Part shown: positions 28,236-38,321 of the stretch, one piece after another
Position numbering within the stretch: the stretch's first letter is position 1
Layout of the letters: every line of letters starts with the position of its first letter
From: Candidatus Poribacteria bacterium
GTDB taxonomy: Bacteria > Poribacteria > WGA-4E > WGA-3G
Direction of reading: 5' to 3'
Assembly: GCA_965198235.1 (NCBI GenBank)
Contig: OZ240248.1
Coordinates: 3,296,001 to 3,360,000, forward strand
Length of the DNA: 64,000 bases
Translations under genes and position numbers: made by a program
The notes under the pieces: model-generated
Told to the model about the DNA's origin: nothing
Seen by the model: only the letters and a program-made list of their open reading frames with translations
Database searches by the model: none

Positions 28236-29507
28236 TTATGCGGCCCAGGATTGACGATTTGACCGAAATTCGCCCATTTCGTCATAAAGGTCATACAATC
28301 GTTTGATTGCATCTATTTCCAGTTGGCGAACTCGTTCCCGGGTAACTTCCAAAGCGACGCCGATTTCTCGGAGTGTTTTCCGTTCTCCGTCCTCAAGTCC
28401 GAAACGCATCTTCAATACTCTTTGTTCGCGCTCTGGGAGTTTTTTGAGAAATTGAGCGGTCAAATCCTTATTAATCATTTCTGCGATCGGACCGTCTTCT
28501 CCACTCGTTGTTGGGTCTTCGATTAAGTCGCCTAATGTAGCAGCAGAACGTTCGTCGCTCAGTGGTAAATCCATCGAGATAGCGTCAGCGTTAAACGTTA
28601 AAATTGCTTCGACCTGTTTCACTGTCAAGTCTAAAGCGTCTGCTATTTCGTCGCGCCGCGGCTCGCGTTGTAGTTCTTGACACAACGTTGCGTAGACGGC
28701 ATCGAACTTGTTCATCTTTGCAACTACGTAGGAAGGTAATCGAATGGAACGGGAAAAATTGTCAAGGGTACGCATAATGGCTTGTTTAATCCACCAAATC
28801 GCGTACGTACTGAATTTAAAACCCTTCTGATAGTCAAACTTGCTTGCTGCTTTAATCAGTCCGATGTTTCCTTCTTGAATCAAATCTTCGAGTGGAACGT
28901 TGTGACCCTGGTATTTAACTGCGATAGAAATTACGAGTCGTAGATTCGCTTGGACAAGTTCATCTCGTGCACTACGTGCTTCGCTCTCCGCTACTCCAAT
29001 CCGTTTCGTCAGTTCATCTGTTTCTTCGTCAGATAATGAGCCACCTTTCACTAGTGCGTCTTGTAGTTCGCTTACCAGTGCTTTTCTTGTTTCGCTCCTG
29101 CCAGCTTCAATTTGTTCTGTCAGTTGCTCTTTCTTCTCGCGAGATAATAGGTTTACTTCCACTAAGGCATCTAATAGTTCATCTAGTGCTTTAGCCTCTA
29201 CGGCTTCAATCCGTTCTGCCAGTTGCTCTTTCTTCTCGCGAGGTAATAGGTTTACTTCCACTAAGGCATCTAATAGTTCATCTAGTGCTTTAGCCTCTGC
29301 GGTTTCAATCCGTTTCGCCAATTGAACTTCTTCCTCACGGGTTAACAGACGGTGACCTGCTACGCTCCGAAGCCAACTCGTTAAAGCGCTCTGATCGCTA
29401 CCTTTATAACTTTCTGAGGGTTCTGTTTCATCTGGTGGATATGTTGCATCCATGTATGGATCAACACTTTCAATACTTGCTGTTTCACCGAAAAACTCGG
29501 CTTCCAT
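28236..29507 (-). CDS. RpoD/RpoS-like sigma70 factor lacking region 1.1, with an internal tandem repeat
   Basis: Region 1.2 LLTREEEVQLAKRI, region 2 ANLRLVISIA/DLIQEGNIGL/KFSTYAIWWIKQ, region 4.2 TLREIG...TRERVRQLE. Confidence 0.92.
   Translation of the reverse strand: MEAEFFGETASIESVDPYMDATYPPDETEPSESYKGSDQSALTSWLRSVAGHRLLTREEEVQLAKRIETAEAKALDELLDALVEVNLLPREKKEQLAERIEAVEAKALDELLDALVEVNLLSREKKEQLTEQIEAGRSETRKALVSELQDALVKGGSLSDEETDELTKRIGVAESEARSARDELVQANLRLVISIAVKYQGHNVPLEDLIQEGNIGLIKAASKFDYQKGFKFSTYAIWWIKQAIMRTLDNFSRSIRLPSYVVAKMNKFDAVYATLCQELQREPRRDEIADALDLTVKQVEAILTFNADAISMDLPLSDERSAATLGDLIEDPTTSGEDGPIAEMINKDLTAQFLKKLPEREQRVLKMRFGLEDGERKTLREIGVALEVTRERVRQLEIDAIKRLYDLYDEMGEFRSNRQSWAA
29121..29318. 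repeat. 99-bp in-frame tandem duplication inside the sigma factor gene
   Basis: Copies 29121-29219 and 29220-29318 are nearly identical (33 aa each); a more diverged third unit follows in the protein. Confidence 0.95.
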
Positions 29508-29550
29508 CTTTCTCCTCTCCTTCTATCGAATTTTGATAAGACGAAGATTA

Positions 29551-29580
29551 ATGATACATTATGTTAAAACGTTTTGTCAA
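29551..29580 (-). promoter_or_regulatory. sigma70 promoter for the sigma factor gene
   Basis: Minus strand TTGACA-N18-TATCAT. Confidence 0.55.
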
Positions 29581-29799
29581 GTAAAATGTTTAAAAAAAAA
29601 CGAAATTTCACCAAAAAACCCGAAAAAACAAGGATTTTAACAGGATTTTACGAAAAAAAGAGCACGACGAGACAATTGCGCCATCATCTCGCGTAAAAAA
29701 TCGCGCGAGGCATTCTCGACTACAAGAAAAGAACGCTATAGGTCTCAGCGAAGGAATCCTCTTGTTTGTTCCAGAGGGTCGAAATATAGACAAACGAGG

Positions 29800-30294
29800 C
29801 TATGTAGAATGTCCAATTAAGAGCACCACTGCTGGTAGTGAAGTCTCTGCCGCCTGTTCAAATGCTCTCGCGATGCAGGGAACATCTGCGTCTGTTTCAA
29901 GCATTTCATAAAAGAGATTCCATACTTTCAACGTCGGTTCAAGGAAAGTCGCTACAGAATCGACCCATTGTCCATCTGTCCCTCGGTTGTGGTAACCGCG
30001 ATATCCAATGAATACCACTACTGGGACCTGCATGTTGACAACGGTGCCTCGGATCGCATCGCCGGATTCCAAGAATCCGGTATTTTGGATGATAATAACA
30101 GGCTTTTTGCCACCAACGTACAATCCAGATGCAATAGCAAATGCCTCTCCTTCACGGGTGACCGTAATGACTTCAATACCAGGCTCTGATCGTAAGAGTT
30201 CATAAATCCGGGCACTGCCGTTATCTGGAACGCCAACAGCGTGGGTAATCTCCTGTTTTTTTAATTCATTTATTATCTTCTGTGCTGATGCCAA
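29800..30294 (-). CDS. ThDP-enzyme PYR-domain subunit (sulfopyruvate decarboxylase alpha ComD / phosphonopyruvate decarboxylase N-half-like)
   Basis: GVPD, VTREGEAFAIASG, IQNTG, IGYRG; 164 aa stand-alone. Confidence 0.8.
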   Translation of the reverse strand: MASAQKIINELKKQEITHAVGVPDNGSARIYELLRSEPGIEVITVTREGEAFAIASGLYVGGKKPVIIIQNTGFLESGDAIRGTVVNMQVPVVVFIGYRGYHNRGTDGQWVDSVATFLEPTLKVWNLFYEMLETDADVPCIARAFEQAAETSLPAVVLLIGHST

Positions 30295-30380
30295 TGTGTG
30301 CTCCTAATCCTGTTCTTATGGGCAAAAATAAGTAATTGGATAGTGGGCAGACGTTATGCCTGCCCGTGCGATTGTGATTT

Positions 30381-32324
30381 CTATCGTCTCCCTTCAACCA
30401 AAGCATCAACCACTGTTGGATCGGCGAGGGTGGAGGTATCACCGAGGTCGGAGATGTCGCCTTCCGCGATTTTACGGAGGATACGCCGCATAATCTTGCC
30501 GGATCTCGTCTTTGGCAGTGCAGGCGTAAACTGAATCTTGTCAGGCGTGGCGATAGGTCCGATGTGTTGTCGGACCGCCTGTTTGATGCCTGTTTCTACC
30601 GTGTCAGATGCCGATTCGCCTGTCATAAGAGTAACATACGCGTAGATGCCTTGTCCCTTGATGTCGTGTGGATAACCGACGACTGCAGCTTCTGCCACTG
30701 CCTCGTGTTGCCCGATTGCACCTTCGACCTCTGCTGTGCCTAATCGGTGTCCAGAGACGTTCAGAACATCGTCCACGCGTCCTGTAATCCAATAATAACC
30801 ATCTTCATCGCGTAGAACCCCATCGCCTGTCATGTAGTAGCCGGGGAATCGGCGGAAATAGGTGTCCAAAAACCGTTCATGGTCGCCGTAGATGGTTCGC
30901 ATGATGCCGGGCCACGCCGTCTTAATACAGAGATAGCCGGTTGCAGGGTTCCCTTCCACTTCGTTACCGCTTTCATCAAGTATCACCGGTTCAATTCCAA
31001 AGAACGGAAAGGTTGCCGAGCCAGGTTTCAGTGGCGTTGCAGCAGGCAGTGGTGTCATCAAAATCCCACCCGTTTCGGTTTGCCACCATGTATCCACGAT
31101 GGGGCACCGTTCCTCTCCAACTATGTTGTAGTACCACAGCCACTCCGGTTCTTTGATCGGTTCACCCACCGTACCGAGCAGCCTGAGCGTGGATCTGTCG
31201 TACTTTTCGACCCATGTATTCCCTTCTTTCATCAGCGCGCGTAGTGCTGTCGGGGCAGTGTAGAAGATATTAATGTTATGCTTCTCAACGACCTGCCAAA
31301 AGCGTCCAAAGTCCGGATAGTTTGGCACGCCTTCAAACATCACGCTAATCGCACGGTTTGCGAGTGGACCGTAGATAATGTAAGAATGTCCAGTGATCCA
31401 ACCTATGTCGGCTGTGCACCAGTAGACATCGCCTTTGTGATAGTCAAAAACCTGTTGATGTGTGTAGGAGGTATAGACAAGATATCCACCTGTAGTATGC
31501 AAAACGCCTTTCGGTTTACCGGTTGAGCCGGAGGTGTATAGAATAAAAAGCGGGTCTTCAGCATTCATAACTGCTGGTTCGCATTCTGTATCTGCGTTCG
31601 CCATTGCTTCGTGCCACCAAATATCTCGCGAATCATCAAAATCGACGGCATCTCCAGTGCGCTCCACGACGACAACTTTTTCAATAGAGGGACATTCAGC
31701 AACAGCGGCATCGGCGTTTGCCTTCATCGGTATGTCGCTACGGGGACCACGCATTGCCGTGTCCTGCGTTATCAGCAGTTTACACGCTGAGTCGTTAATT
31801 CTGTCTCGGAGGGATTCCGCTGAAAATGCGCCGAAGACGATAGAATGGACAGCACCAATCCTTGCACACGCTAACATCGCGATTGCCAACTCTGGAACCA
31901 TCTGTAAGTAGATACAGACGCGGTCGCCTTTTTCTATGCCTTGTGCCTTCAGTACATTGGCAAACTTTTTGACCTCAGCGAGGAGTTCACTGTAGCTGAA
32001 GGTCTTATCTTCGGATGGATCATTCCCTTCCCAGATAATGGCAGTTGCATCGCCGTGACCGGCTTCTGTATGCCGATCGAGGCAATTATAGCAAGCGTTC
32101 AGTGTGCCTCCGTCGAACCATTTAATCTCGGCGTTAACGAAATCGTAATCGCGAACCGTATTCCATTTCTGATACCATGTCAATCGTTCCGCGATCGTTG
32201 CCCAAAATGTTTCCGGATCTTGAATGGATTCGGCGTATTGTGCGTGATATGTTTCTAAACTGTTGACGTGAGCATCACCAATAGGGTAAGCAGTTTCTGC
32301 CGGTGAAAAAACATTGTTAGCCAT
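30381..32324 (-). CDS. acs: Acetyl-CoA synthetase
   Basis: [46 protein letters not shown]. Confidence 0.97.
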   Translation of the reverse strand: MANNVFSPAETAYPIGDAHVNSLETYHAQYAESIQDPETFWATIAERLTWYQKWNTVRDYDFVNAEIKWFDGGTLNACYNCLDRHTEAGHGDATAIIWEGNDPSEDKTFSYSELLAEVKKFANVLKAQGIEKGDRVCIYLQMVPELAIAMLACARIGAVHSIVFGAFSAESLRDRINDSACKLLITQDTAMRGPRSDIPMKANADAAVAECPSIEKVVVVERTGDAVDFDDSRDIWWHEAMANADTECEPAVMNAEDPLFILYTSGSTGKPKGVLHTTGGYLVYTSYTHQQVFDYHKGDVYWCTADIGWITGHSYIIYGPLANRAISVMFEGVPNYPDFGRFWQVVEKHNINIFYTAPTALRALMKEGNTWVEKYDRSTLRLLGTVGEPIKEPEWLWYYNIVGEERCPIVDTWWQTETGGILMTPLPAATPLKPGSATFPFFGIEPVILDESGNEVEGNPATGYLCIKTAWPGIMRTIYGDHERFLDTYFRRFPGYYMTGDGVLRDEDGYYWITGRVDDVLNVSGHRLGTAEVEGAIGQHEAVAEAAVVGYPHDIKGQGIYAYVTLMTGESASDTVETGIKQAVRQHIGPIATPDKIQFTPALPKTRSGKIMRRILRKIAEGDISDLGDTSTLADPTVVDALVEGRR

Positions 32325-32561
32325 CTATTTTCTCCAGTACAAAAGATGTCTTGGGGCCAGTTAGATTTTCTTAAATACAAGCGAGAAGCAGAGCATTGAT
32401 TTCTCGCCTTTCGGCGTTTAAGACATAGAATTTTTCTTACAAATGCGGGCAATGGTACCTGCACTGGTACTTTAGGTAAAACATACTATAGTAAAATTGC
32501 AAGCATATAAACCTGCCAATCCTGAAGACGACAGTTACAATTAGATAGATAGAGGATATTT

Positions 32562-33080
32562 CTAGAAGAGGTAACGAGATTCTGATGACAGAATTCCATA
32601 TTCTCTACATTTGTCGATTATTACTTTTCTATTTTTACAATTTTCTAAAATGTCATAATTTTCCTTCAAATCCGGAATCTTGCTAATAGAAATGCTCTTC
32701 TGATCGAGTTCTTCAATGAGGATGGTTGGAACAAAGTATAGTTCAAACGCGTTATCGCCTATTGGATGAACTCCAATAACAACGTCTGAGGTTACAGTGG
32801 ATTGCGTATAAGTTTTAACGTCTGATTTGTACTCTCTGTCAACGCCTCCTCTTCCTCCACCAGTAAAAGGGACTGATCGAGTCGCTGTTTTCACTTGCGC
32901 GCGGATTATGTCCTCACTGTCATCTTCTTTCTTATATACGATAATGATGTCATAAGGCGATAAAGGTAGATCGACCAATGAGACGTTCTGGTACCTTTTC
33001 ATGAGAATTCCAGCAGCGATATGCTCATGGGCAAATCCATCTACTGAAGCCTGCCTGCCTCTCTCTTCTATTTTAAGCAT
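32562..33080 (-). CDS. Putative Type II restriction endonuclease, PD-(D/E)xK fold with PYD...QVK variant
   Basis: GFAHE...PYDIII...AQVK; AT-rich; 18 bp downstream of the MTase on the same strand. Confidence 0.7.
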   Translation of the reverse strand: MLKIEERGRQASVDGFAHEHIAAGILMKRYQNVSLVDLPLSPYDIIIVYKKEDDSEDIIRAQVKTATRSVPFTGGGRGGVDREYKSDVKTYTQSTVTSDVVIGVHPIGDNAFELYFVPTILIEELDQKSISISKIPDLKENYDILENCKNRKVIIDKCREYGILSSESRYLF

Positions 33081-33098
33081 GTTTCTGCCTCTGTTCCC

Positions 33099-34436
33099 TT
33101 ATTTTTTCAAGACTAAAATCCAATCTGTGTTGATACGTTCCCCCCTGGGGACCTTAATGAAATGTTTGATGATCTCCGAACCGAAGTAAGTTTCAACCTC
33201 AAACCCAATATTTTCGGCAATTGGCATGAGGTACTTCCAGCTCTCAAATAACTGTCCCCGGATACGATTATTACCTACGACGATAATGTATCTGCCACCC
33301 TCGCGTAGGACTTTATAAACCTCGACAAGGTTCTTTCGCATATCGTCTAAATACTTGAAAGCAATGAACGCACGCCTCGGATCATCCTCGAAAATGTTCG
33401 CCATAACCCTATCAGCCTCTGGTATTCCTATCTCATGCCGGAGTTTGTAATGGCTGGCTGAAACGCTTTCCGTGCCGACGTTCTGCTTTTTCAAAGCGGT
33501 TAGTGAGTTTTGCGCGAAACCTAACCAATACATCTCCAATTGATGGGTTCTCGGATAATCAACGGCATTGACATAGGGTGGTGAAGTTACCGCAAGATCA
33601 AAGTAATTTGCTCTATATTTGATGTTCCTTGCATCCATGTCGTCTGGAAAATTGACGGTTATGTCCGATGGATAGTTTTGAGAAAATGCTATCATCTTAG
33701 GCACCTTGACCTGGAGTGCTTTCACGAATCGGTTCAATGCGTCAGAGGGGCGAACCAATTTGTTTAATTTTTTCCGAATCACGGTGCGAGTACAATTGTC
33801 ATCGGCATTGGAAACAGAACGAATGATGGATGAAAGACAGACCTTGAAGAAATCTTTAACGGTATCGTGGGTGTCAAGGGACTGTATCCGCTTTTTTAAA
33901 TAGGTTAACTCCACGAGAATTTCTTTGTTGAACCAGTTATCTCTATAAGGAAAATCTGGCAAATCCGATTCAGCGACGAGTGAAGGGCGGTAGTGGAGAA
34001 TAGCCTCCAGAAGAACTTTTTGTGCTGGCTTGAGTTCCGTTTCAACTAAAGGAGTTACCTTTACTATTGAAATGAAACGGGAAAATGGATCTACATCAAT
34101 TCCAACGGAATTCCTTCTTGAAAGAAGTGCTTCAACATTTGTGGTGCCGCTGCCCGCGAATGGATCAAGAATCTGGTCGTTTTCTTGAGAATATCGTTTA
34201 ATAAGCCAACGGGGTAATTCTGGGAAAAATTTGGCAGGGTACTTGTGCAAGCCATGCGTTAGGAAACTCTGATCGTGACTAATGAACAAAAACCTGTCGC
34301 CATCCTTCGCTGGCAAGTCGACAGGAATATCGCCATCTACTCGAACAATGCTTTCACCAAAGTCGTTTACAATTTTAGTAATATTGTCCATGTTTTTTGC
34401 GTTGCGGAACCCTTCAATCCTTACCAACGATTGCAC
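33099..34436 (-). CDS. N4-cytosine DNA methyltransferase (motif I before motif IV)
   Basis: HGLHKYPAKF, DPFAGSGTT, VTSPPY, VVGNN. Start uncertain (GTG 34436 or a downstream ATG). Confidence 0.88.
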   Translation of the reverse strand: MQSLVRIEGFRNAKNMDNITKIVNDFGESIVRVDGDIPVDLPAKDGDRFLFISHDQSFLTHGLHKYPAKFFPELPRWLIKRYSQENDQILDPFAGSGTTNVEALLSRRNSVGIDVDPFSRFISIVKVTPLVETELKPAQKVLLEAILHYRPSLVAESDLPDFPYRDNWFNKEILVELTYLKKRIQSLDTHDTVKDFFKVCLSSIIRSVSNADDNCTRTVIRKKLNKLVRPSDALNRFVKALQVKVPKMIAFSQNYPSDITVNFPDDMDARNIKYRANYFDLAVTSPPYVNAVDYPRTHQLEMYWLGFAQNSLTALKKQNVGTESVSASHYKLRHEIGIPEADRVMANIFEDDPRRAFIAFKYLDDMRKNLVEVYKVLREGGRYIIVVGNNRIRGQLFESWKYLMPIAENIGFEVETYFGSEIIKHFIKVPRGERINTDWILVLKK

Positions 34437-34442
34437 AATCGG

Positions 34443-34880
34443 TTAAGCCTGGATGATTTGCTTTCCTTCAAGTTCTTCTATTCTCCGTCGGAGTGCCTGG
34501 ATTTCTTCTCGCTGCTGGTCGCGTTGTTTGTTGTATTGATAGACGAGGAAACTCAACGGCACAGCGACAAAACCGATAATGGCGACGATTAAGGCAATGA
34601 TCAGATGTCCTTGGAAGTCTATGCGGTCCCGTAAATCCGTGATACGTTTCCCTTGTGCTTCACTTTCAAAAGTGATACGCTTCTCCAGTCCATTCTCAAC
34701 CTCATTGATGCGTTCCCCCAACCGGACCTCAACCTTATTGATGCGTTCCCCCAACCGGACCTCAACCTCGTTGACAATCTGGCGGATTTTCTCTAAATCC
34801 TCAACGCTTAATTCACCAAATACATGCCCGCTGGGGCATAAAACCACCCCGATAATAAGAGACAGTCCTAACATTTTCAT
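34443..34880 (-). CDS. Small coiled-coil membrane protein with 11-aa repeats
   Basis: Signal peptide, ELSVEDLEKIR, (INxVEVRLGER)n, one TM, charged C-terminal coil. Confidence 0.75.
   Translation of the reverse strand: MKMLGLSLIIGVVLCPSGHVFGELSVEDLEKIRQIVNEVEVRLGERINKVEVRLGERINEVENGLEKRITFESEAQGKRITDLRDRIDFQGHLIIALIVAIIGFVAVPLSFLVYQYNKQRDQQREEIQALRRRIEELEGKQIIQA
34695..34775. repeat. 33-bp tandem repeat (about 2.5 copies)
   Basis: CTCAACCT(C/T)ATTGATGCGTTCCCCCAACCGGAC at 34695 and 34728, partial copy at 34761. Confidence 0.9.
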
Positions 34881-34963
34881 CAGAGATTTTCCATACTTGA
34901 TCTAATAGATACTCTATACTTTACGAATTATAGCACAATTACTGAGCGTCCGCAACGTAATTT

Positions 34964-35689
34964 TTAGCGTGGAAGAGTGACAGCCACTACATCCATTGTC
35001 ATCGCGACGAGCCAGTGAATTGCCGCACCGTAGAGAAACGAACGCGTTTCCAGAGCAAGTACGCCGAGCAATACACTCGCAATGATTGAACCGAGTGCCT
35101 CCGGTAGCGGCTTTGAATAGTGCATCACTGCAAATGGGATGGTCTGAATTAAAAGAGTATAGTTCCCGAATTTCCGTTCCAGTCCGAAGAGCATAAACCC
35201 ACGGAAAAAGAATTCCCACGAAAACATGTAAACACCGTAGGCGAGTTGATAGGGTAGGAACGCCTGCCAACTACTTGCCACTACCTTGCTGAGTGGATAC
35301 TTTGCTACGAAGGGCGGGTACACGATGACGGCGAGAATAATCACGGGTATCATCAGAAACCATGCCGTTCCTGTTATGCTCCACCCGAGTTTCTGATTAC
35401 CGAGTTGGAATCCGTAGTCCTTCAACCGTTCCTTTGTTCCGAATTTCGCAACGAGTGCCGGGACGAGTAACAACGTGCCTGCTGTCGTCAAAAACCAGTA
35501 ATAGTATGGGTGGCTCTCTACCAATGGAACGTTGCTAAAGTATTCTGCGAAGTGGCGTTTAAAAAAGCTCCGTCGGCTATAATACCTGTGCAACATTAGC
35601 AATAGCGCAGAAGCCAGCAAAATAACAGTTGTCTGTTGTTCCCAACCGCGTAGATATTTCTCTTTTAAGCTTTGGATACGGAAATTCAT
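34964..35689 (-). CDS. CPBP (CAAX/Abi) intramembrane glutamic protease
   Basis: WEFFFRGFML, FAVMHYSKP, AIHW; multiple TMs. Start moved to ATG 35689. Confidence 0.85.
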   Translation of the reverse strand: MNFRIQSLKEKYLRGWEQQTTVILLASALLLMLHRYYSRRSFFKRHFAEYFSNVPLVESHPYYYWFLTTAGTLLLVPALVAKFGTKERLKDYGFQLGNQKLGWSITGTAWFLMIPVIILAVIVYPPFVAKYPLSKVVASSWQAFLPYQLAYGVYMFSWEFFFRGFMLFGLERKFGNYTLLIQTIPFAVMHYSKPLPEALGSIIASVLLGVLALETRSFLYGAAIHWLVAMTMDVVAVTLPR

Positions 35690-35690
35690 C

Positions 35691-35719
35691 TTGACATCCA
35701 GTAGATTTTGGGGTATTAT
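35691..35719 (+). promoter_or_regulatory. sigma70 promoter for the GT9 operon
   Basis: TTGACA-N17-TATTAT. Confidence 0.55.
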
Positions 35720-35802
35720 ACCATCACTCGTGGAATTTAACAATAGGCTGTTTAAAGGGGATTCGGTCTGCAATGTCCAATCCGAAGGTATAAGAGAACA
35801 GG

Positions 35803-36819
35803 ATGGTGTCAACTGAACAAATCGAACGCATCTTAATCATCAGACTCGCGCCTCTGGGCGAAACGGTTTTAACAACGCCTGTCATTCGTGCCTTACGTCA
35901 GCATTTTCCAGATGCCTATATTGCTTATATGGTAGCACCGACACGAGAGGATTTAGTGTCCGCAAATCCACACCTGAATGAGGTTCTTACCTATCAGGCT
36001 TCGGTGCCGAAACTCATTTATCAAATTGCTCGGCGAAAATTCCAAATGGCGGTTGTGTTACAACCAACGTTTCGTCTCGTCTTTCACGCATTTCTTTCCA
36101 GAATCCCGTTCCGCGTAGGATTTGAAACGAACGCCGGGGGGAAGAAATTGTTGAATCTTGCAGTCCGGAGTAACACCTTACAGCATGAGACGCAACGTTA
36201 TCTTGATGTCGTTCGTGCACTGGGTGTTGAAGTCGTAGACAATGAACCGGAAGTGTTTGTGGATAGTGCCAGCAACGCGTGGGTGAGCAATTTTCTTGAA
36301 GATCGAAAGCTGAATGACGGCAAACACATTATCGGTCTCAATCCGGGTGCCGCGACCGCTTACCGTCGCTGGCACATAGCGAATTTTGCGGCTCTCGGTG
36401 ATCGCCTACATGAAACATACGGCGCACATATTATTATCACGACCGGACCGCGGGAAGGTGAATTAGCAGATCAGATGATGGAGTTGATGGCACATTCACC
36501 GGTTATTGTCAATCAGGCGACCCCGATACAACTTGCGGCACTTCTGCAACGGTGTAATCTATACATCAGCAACGATACGGGACCGATGCACCTCAGTACT
36601 GCCGTGAAAACACCGACGGTTGCCTTGTTTGGAGCTTCTAATCTTATCCAGTGGGCACCCCCATGGGACAGACATGCAGTGGTAGCGCGCAAAGAGTGTT
36701 CGTTTATGAAAACACTATCGTCCAAAGAGTGGGACGCACATCCCGATCGCGCACGCGAGAATCTTGAGGCGATTACCCCAGATGCGGTTATGGCGACAGT
36801 GGAGGAGCTCGCATGGTAA
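35803..36819 (+). CDS. Glycosyltransferase family 9 (heptosyltransferase-like)
   Basis: RILIIRL..LGE.VLTTP, GLNPGA...RRW, SNDTGPMHL. Confidence 0.9.
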   Translation: MVSTEQIERILIIRLAPLGETVLTTPVIRALRQHFPDAYIAYMVAPTREDLVSANPHLNEVLTYQASVPKLIYQIARRKFQMAVVLQPTFRLVFHAFLSRIPFRVGFETNAGGKKLLNLAVRSNTLQHETQRYLDVVRALGVEVVDNEPEVFVDSASNAWVSNFLEDRKLNDGKHIIGLNPGAATAYRRWHIANFAALGDRLHETYGAHIIITTGPREGELADQMMELMAHSPVIVNQATPIQLAALLQRCNLYISNDTGPMHLSTAVKTPTVALFGASNLIQWAPPWDRHAVVARKECSFMKTLSSKEWDAHPDRARENLEAITPDAVMATVEELAW

Positions 36820-38321
36820 GTTCTGAACGCAACCGAGGCGAAGTATTGGATGCACAACGCATCAAAAATTGTCTAACCGACATTCGTGGTAGGATGTACC
36901 GGCAGGCACTCTTGCAGACGATCACATCTACGTTTTTCTGTGGGCTCATTCTGCTCGCCATTCTGTTCCTTCTGAACCGAGTGGTTCTCCTATCGATACC
37001 TATATCAAAGATCAGTTGGATCGTCATGCCTGTGGCAGTGATTGTAGGCATCTGCCTCAGTTTCAAACATCGTAAGGATTTTCTGTTTGTAGCGCGGATT
37101 GTTGAGAAAAAAATGGATCTTAATGAGCGTCTCAGCACGGCACTTGGGCTCATACAACCTGATCCTCAAAGCGAGTTCGCACAACTCCAGATCCGAGATG
37201 CTGCAGAGGCTGCGACAACCTTAGACATTGTAAAAATAAGTCCATATCGTCTGCCAAAGTTCCTAAAACTGTTTCCGATTCCTGTGTTCCTGATTGGACT
37301 ATCCTTCACTATTTCACCCTTCTATGAAGTGCCACAACCACTGACGAATCCGCAGCAGCAGACATTAGGTAGAGTAATTCAAAATCTTGAAGGAGAACAC
37401 GTTGAGAATTCGGCCTTAAAGAGCCGGATCAACGACACTGTAAAAGCGTTGAAAGCCGCATCAGATCTCAATATGGCACAAAAACATCTCAGCGACTTAA
37501 AAAAAGAGGTCCGCAAGCAGCAATCGGAGCAAACTGCTATTACCGAAGCGACAGAAGCGAGTCAAAGTTTTCGCGGTATGGATGCCAGCCAACTCGCTGC
37601 AGAACTGAAAAACCTCACTGAACAGACTGAGATACCGTCTGAACTCCAAGCGGAACTTATGGAGCTCTTTGAACGTTTGGCTAAAGGGCTACCGAAAAGC
37701 GCGCTCGGTGATTCACTGGATCAGATTCAGGGCAAAGTGGTCACACCGGAGACGTTGCAAGACATCATCGCTGCCCTTGAGAAGATGGAAAAATCGACTG
37801 ACCTCGCGCAACTGGAAGCACAACTCACAGCAAGCCAGAAGGAATTGGCATTGGCAACTATTGACACTGAATCTGCAGAAGGCGGGATTGCGAATAGCGA
37901 TGGCGCACCTGGACAAGACGCGGGGACCAGCGAGGTCCAAGGGTCTCGTGAAGGTCCGTCGAATTCCGCTCTGCACTCAGAATCACAGACAGCCGAATCA
38001 GGCGGAATGGGAAGCGAAATAGACGGTAGAGATTCTACAGTACCACTGACTGGCGAGGAGACCCCGGTCCTACAGGGGGATGGAGAACAATTGACACTTA
38101 CAGCGGGTGTTTCTGGTAGTGCGGAAGGTTTCTCTCGCGTCTTTACGGGTGAGGTTACCGATGATGCGCCTGCCTATTTGCCCTTTGCCGAGGTCGTCCT
38201 CAACGCGTCGCGTGCGTATGCTGAAGCCGTAGAAAATAACCGTATTCCTGTCCGGTATCAGACACAGATTAAATCCTATTTGGAGGCAATTTCCGCAAAA
38301 AATGAAAAAGAGTATAATTAA
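36813..38321 (+). CDS. Membrane protein with coiled coil and low-complexity C-terminus
   Basis: Three N-terminal TMs, LNERLSTAL, C-terminal IPVRYQTQIKSY; pattern seen in DUF4175-like proteins. Confidence 0.65.
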   Translation: MVSSERNRGEVLDAQRIKNCLTDIRGRMYRQALLQTITSTFFCGLILLAILFLLNRVVLLSIPISKISWIVMPVAVIVGICLSFKHRKDFLFVARIVEKKMDLNERLSTALGLIQPDPQSEFAQLQIRDAAEAATTLDIVKISPYRLPKFLKLFPIPVFLIGLSFTISPFYEVPQPLTNPQQQTLGRVIQNLEGEHVENSALKSRINDTVKALKAASDLNMAQKHLSDLKKEVRKQQSEQTAITEATEASQSFRGMDASQLAAELKNLTEQTEIPSELQAELMELFERLAKGLPKSALGDSLDQIQGKVVTPETLQDIIAALEKMEKSTDLAQLEAQLTASQKELALATIDTESAEGGIANSDGAPGQDAGTSEVQGSREGPSNSALHSESQTAESGGMGSEIDGRDSTVPLTGEETPVLQGDGEQLTLTAGVSGSAEGFSRVFTGEVTDDAPAYLPFAEVVLNASRAYAEAVENNRIPVRYQTQIKSYLEAISAKNEKEYN

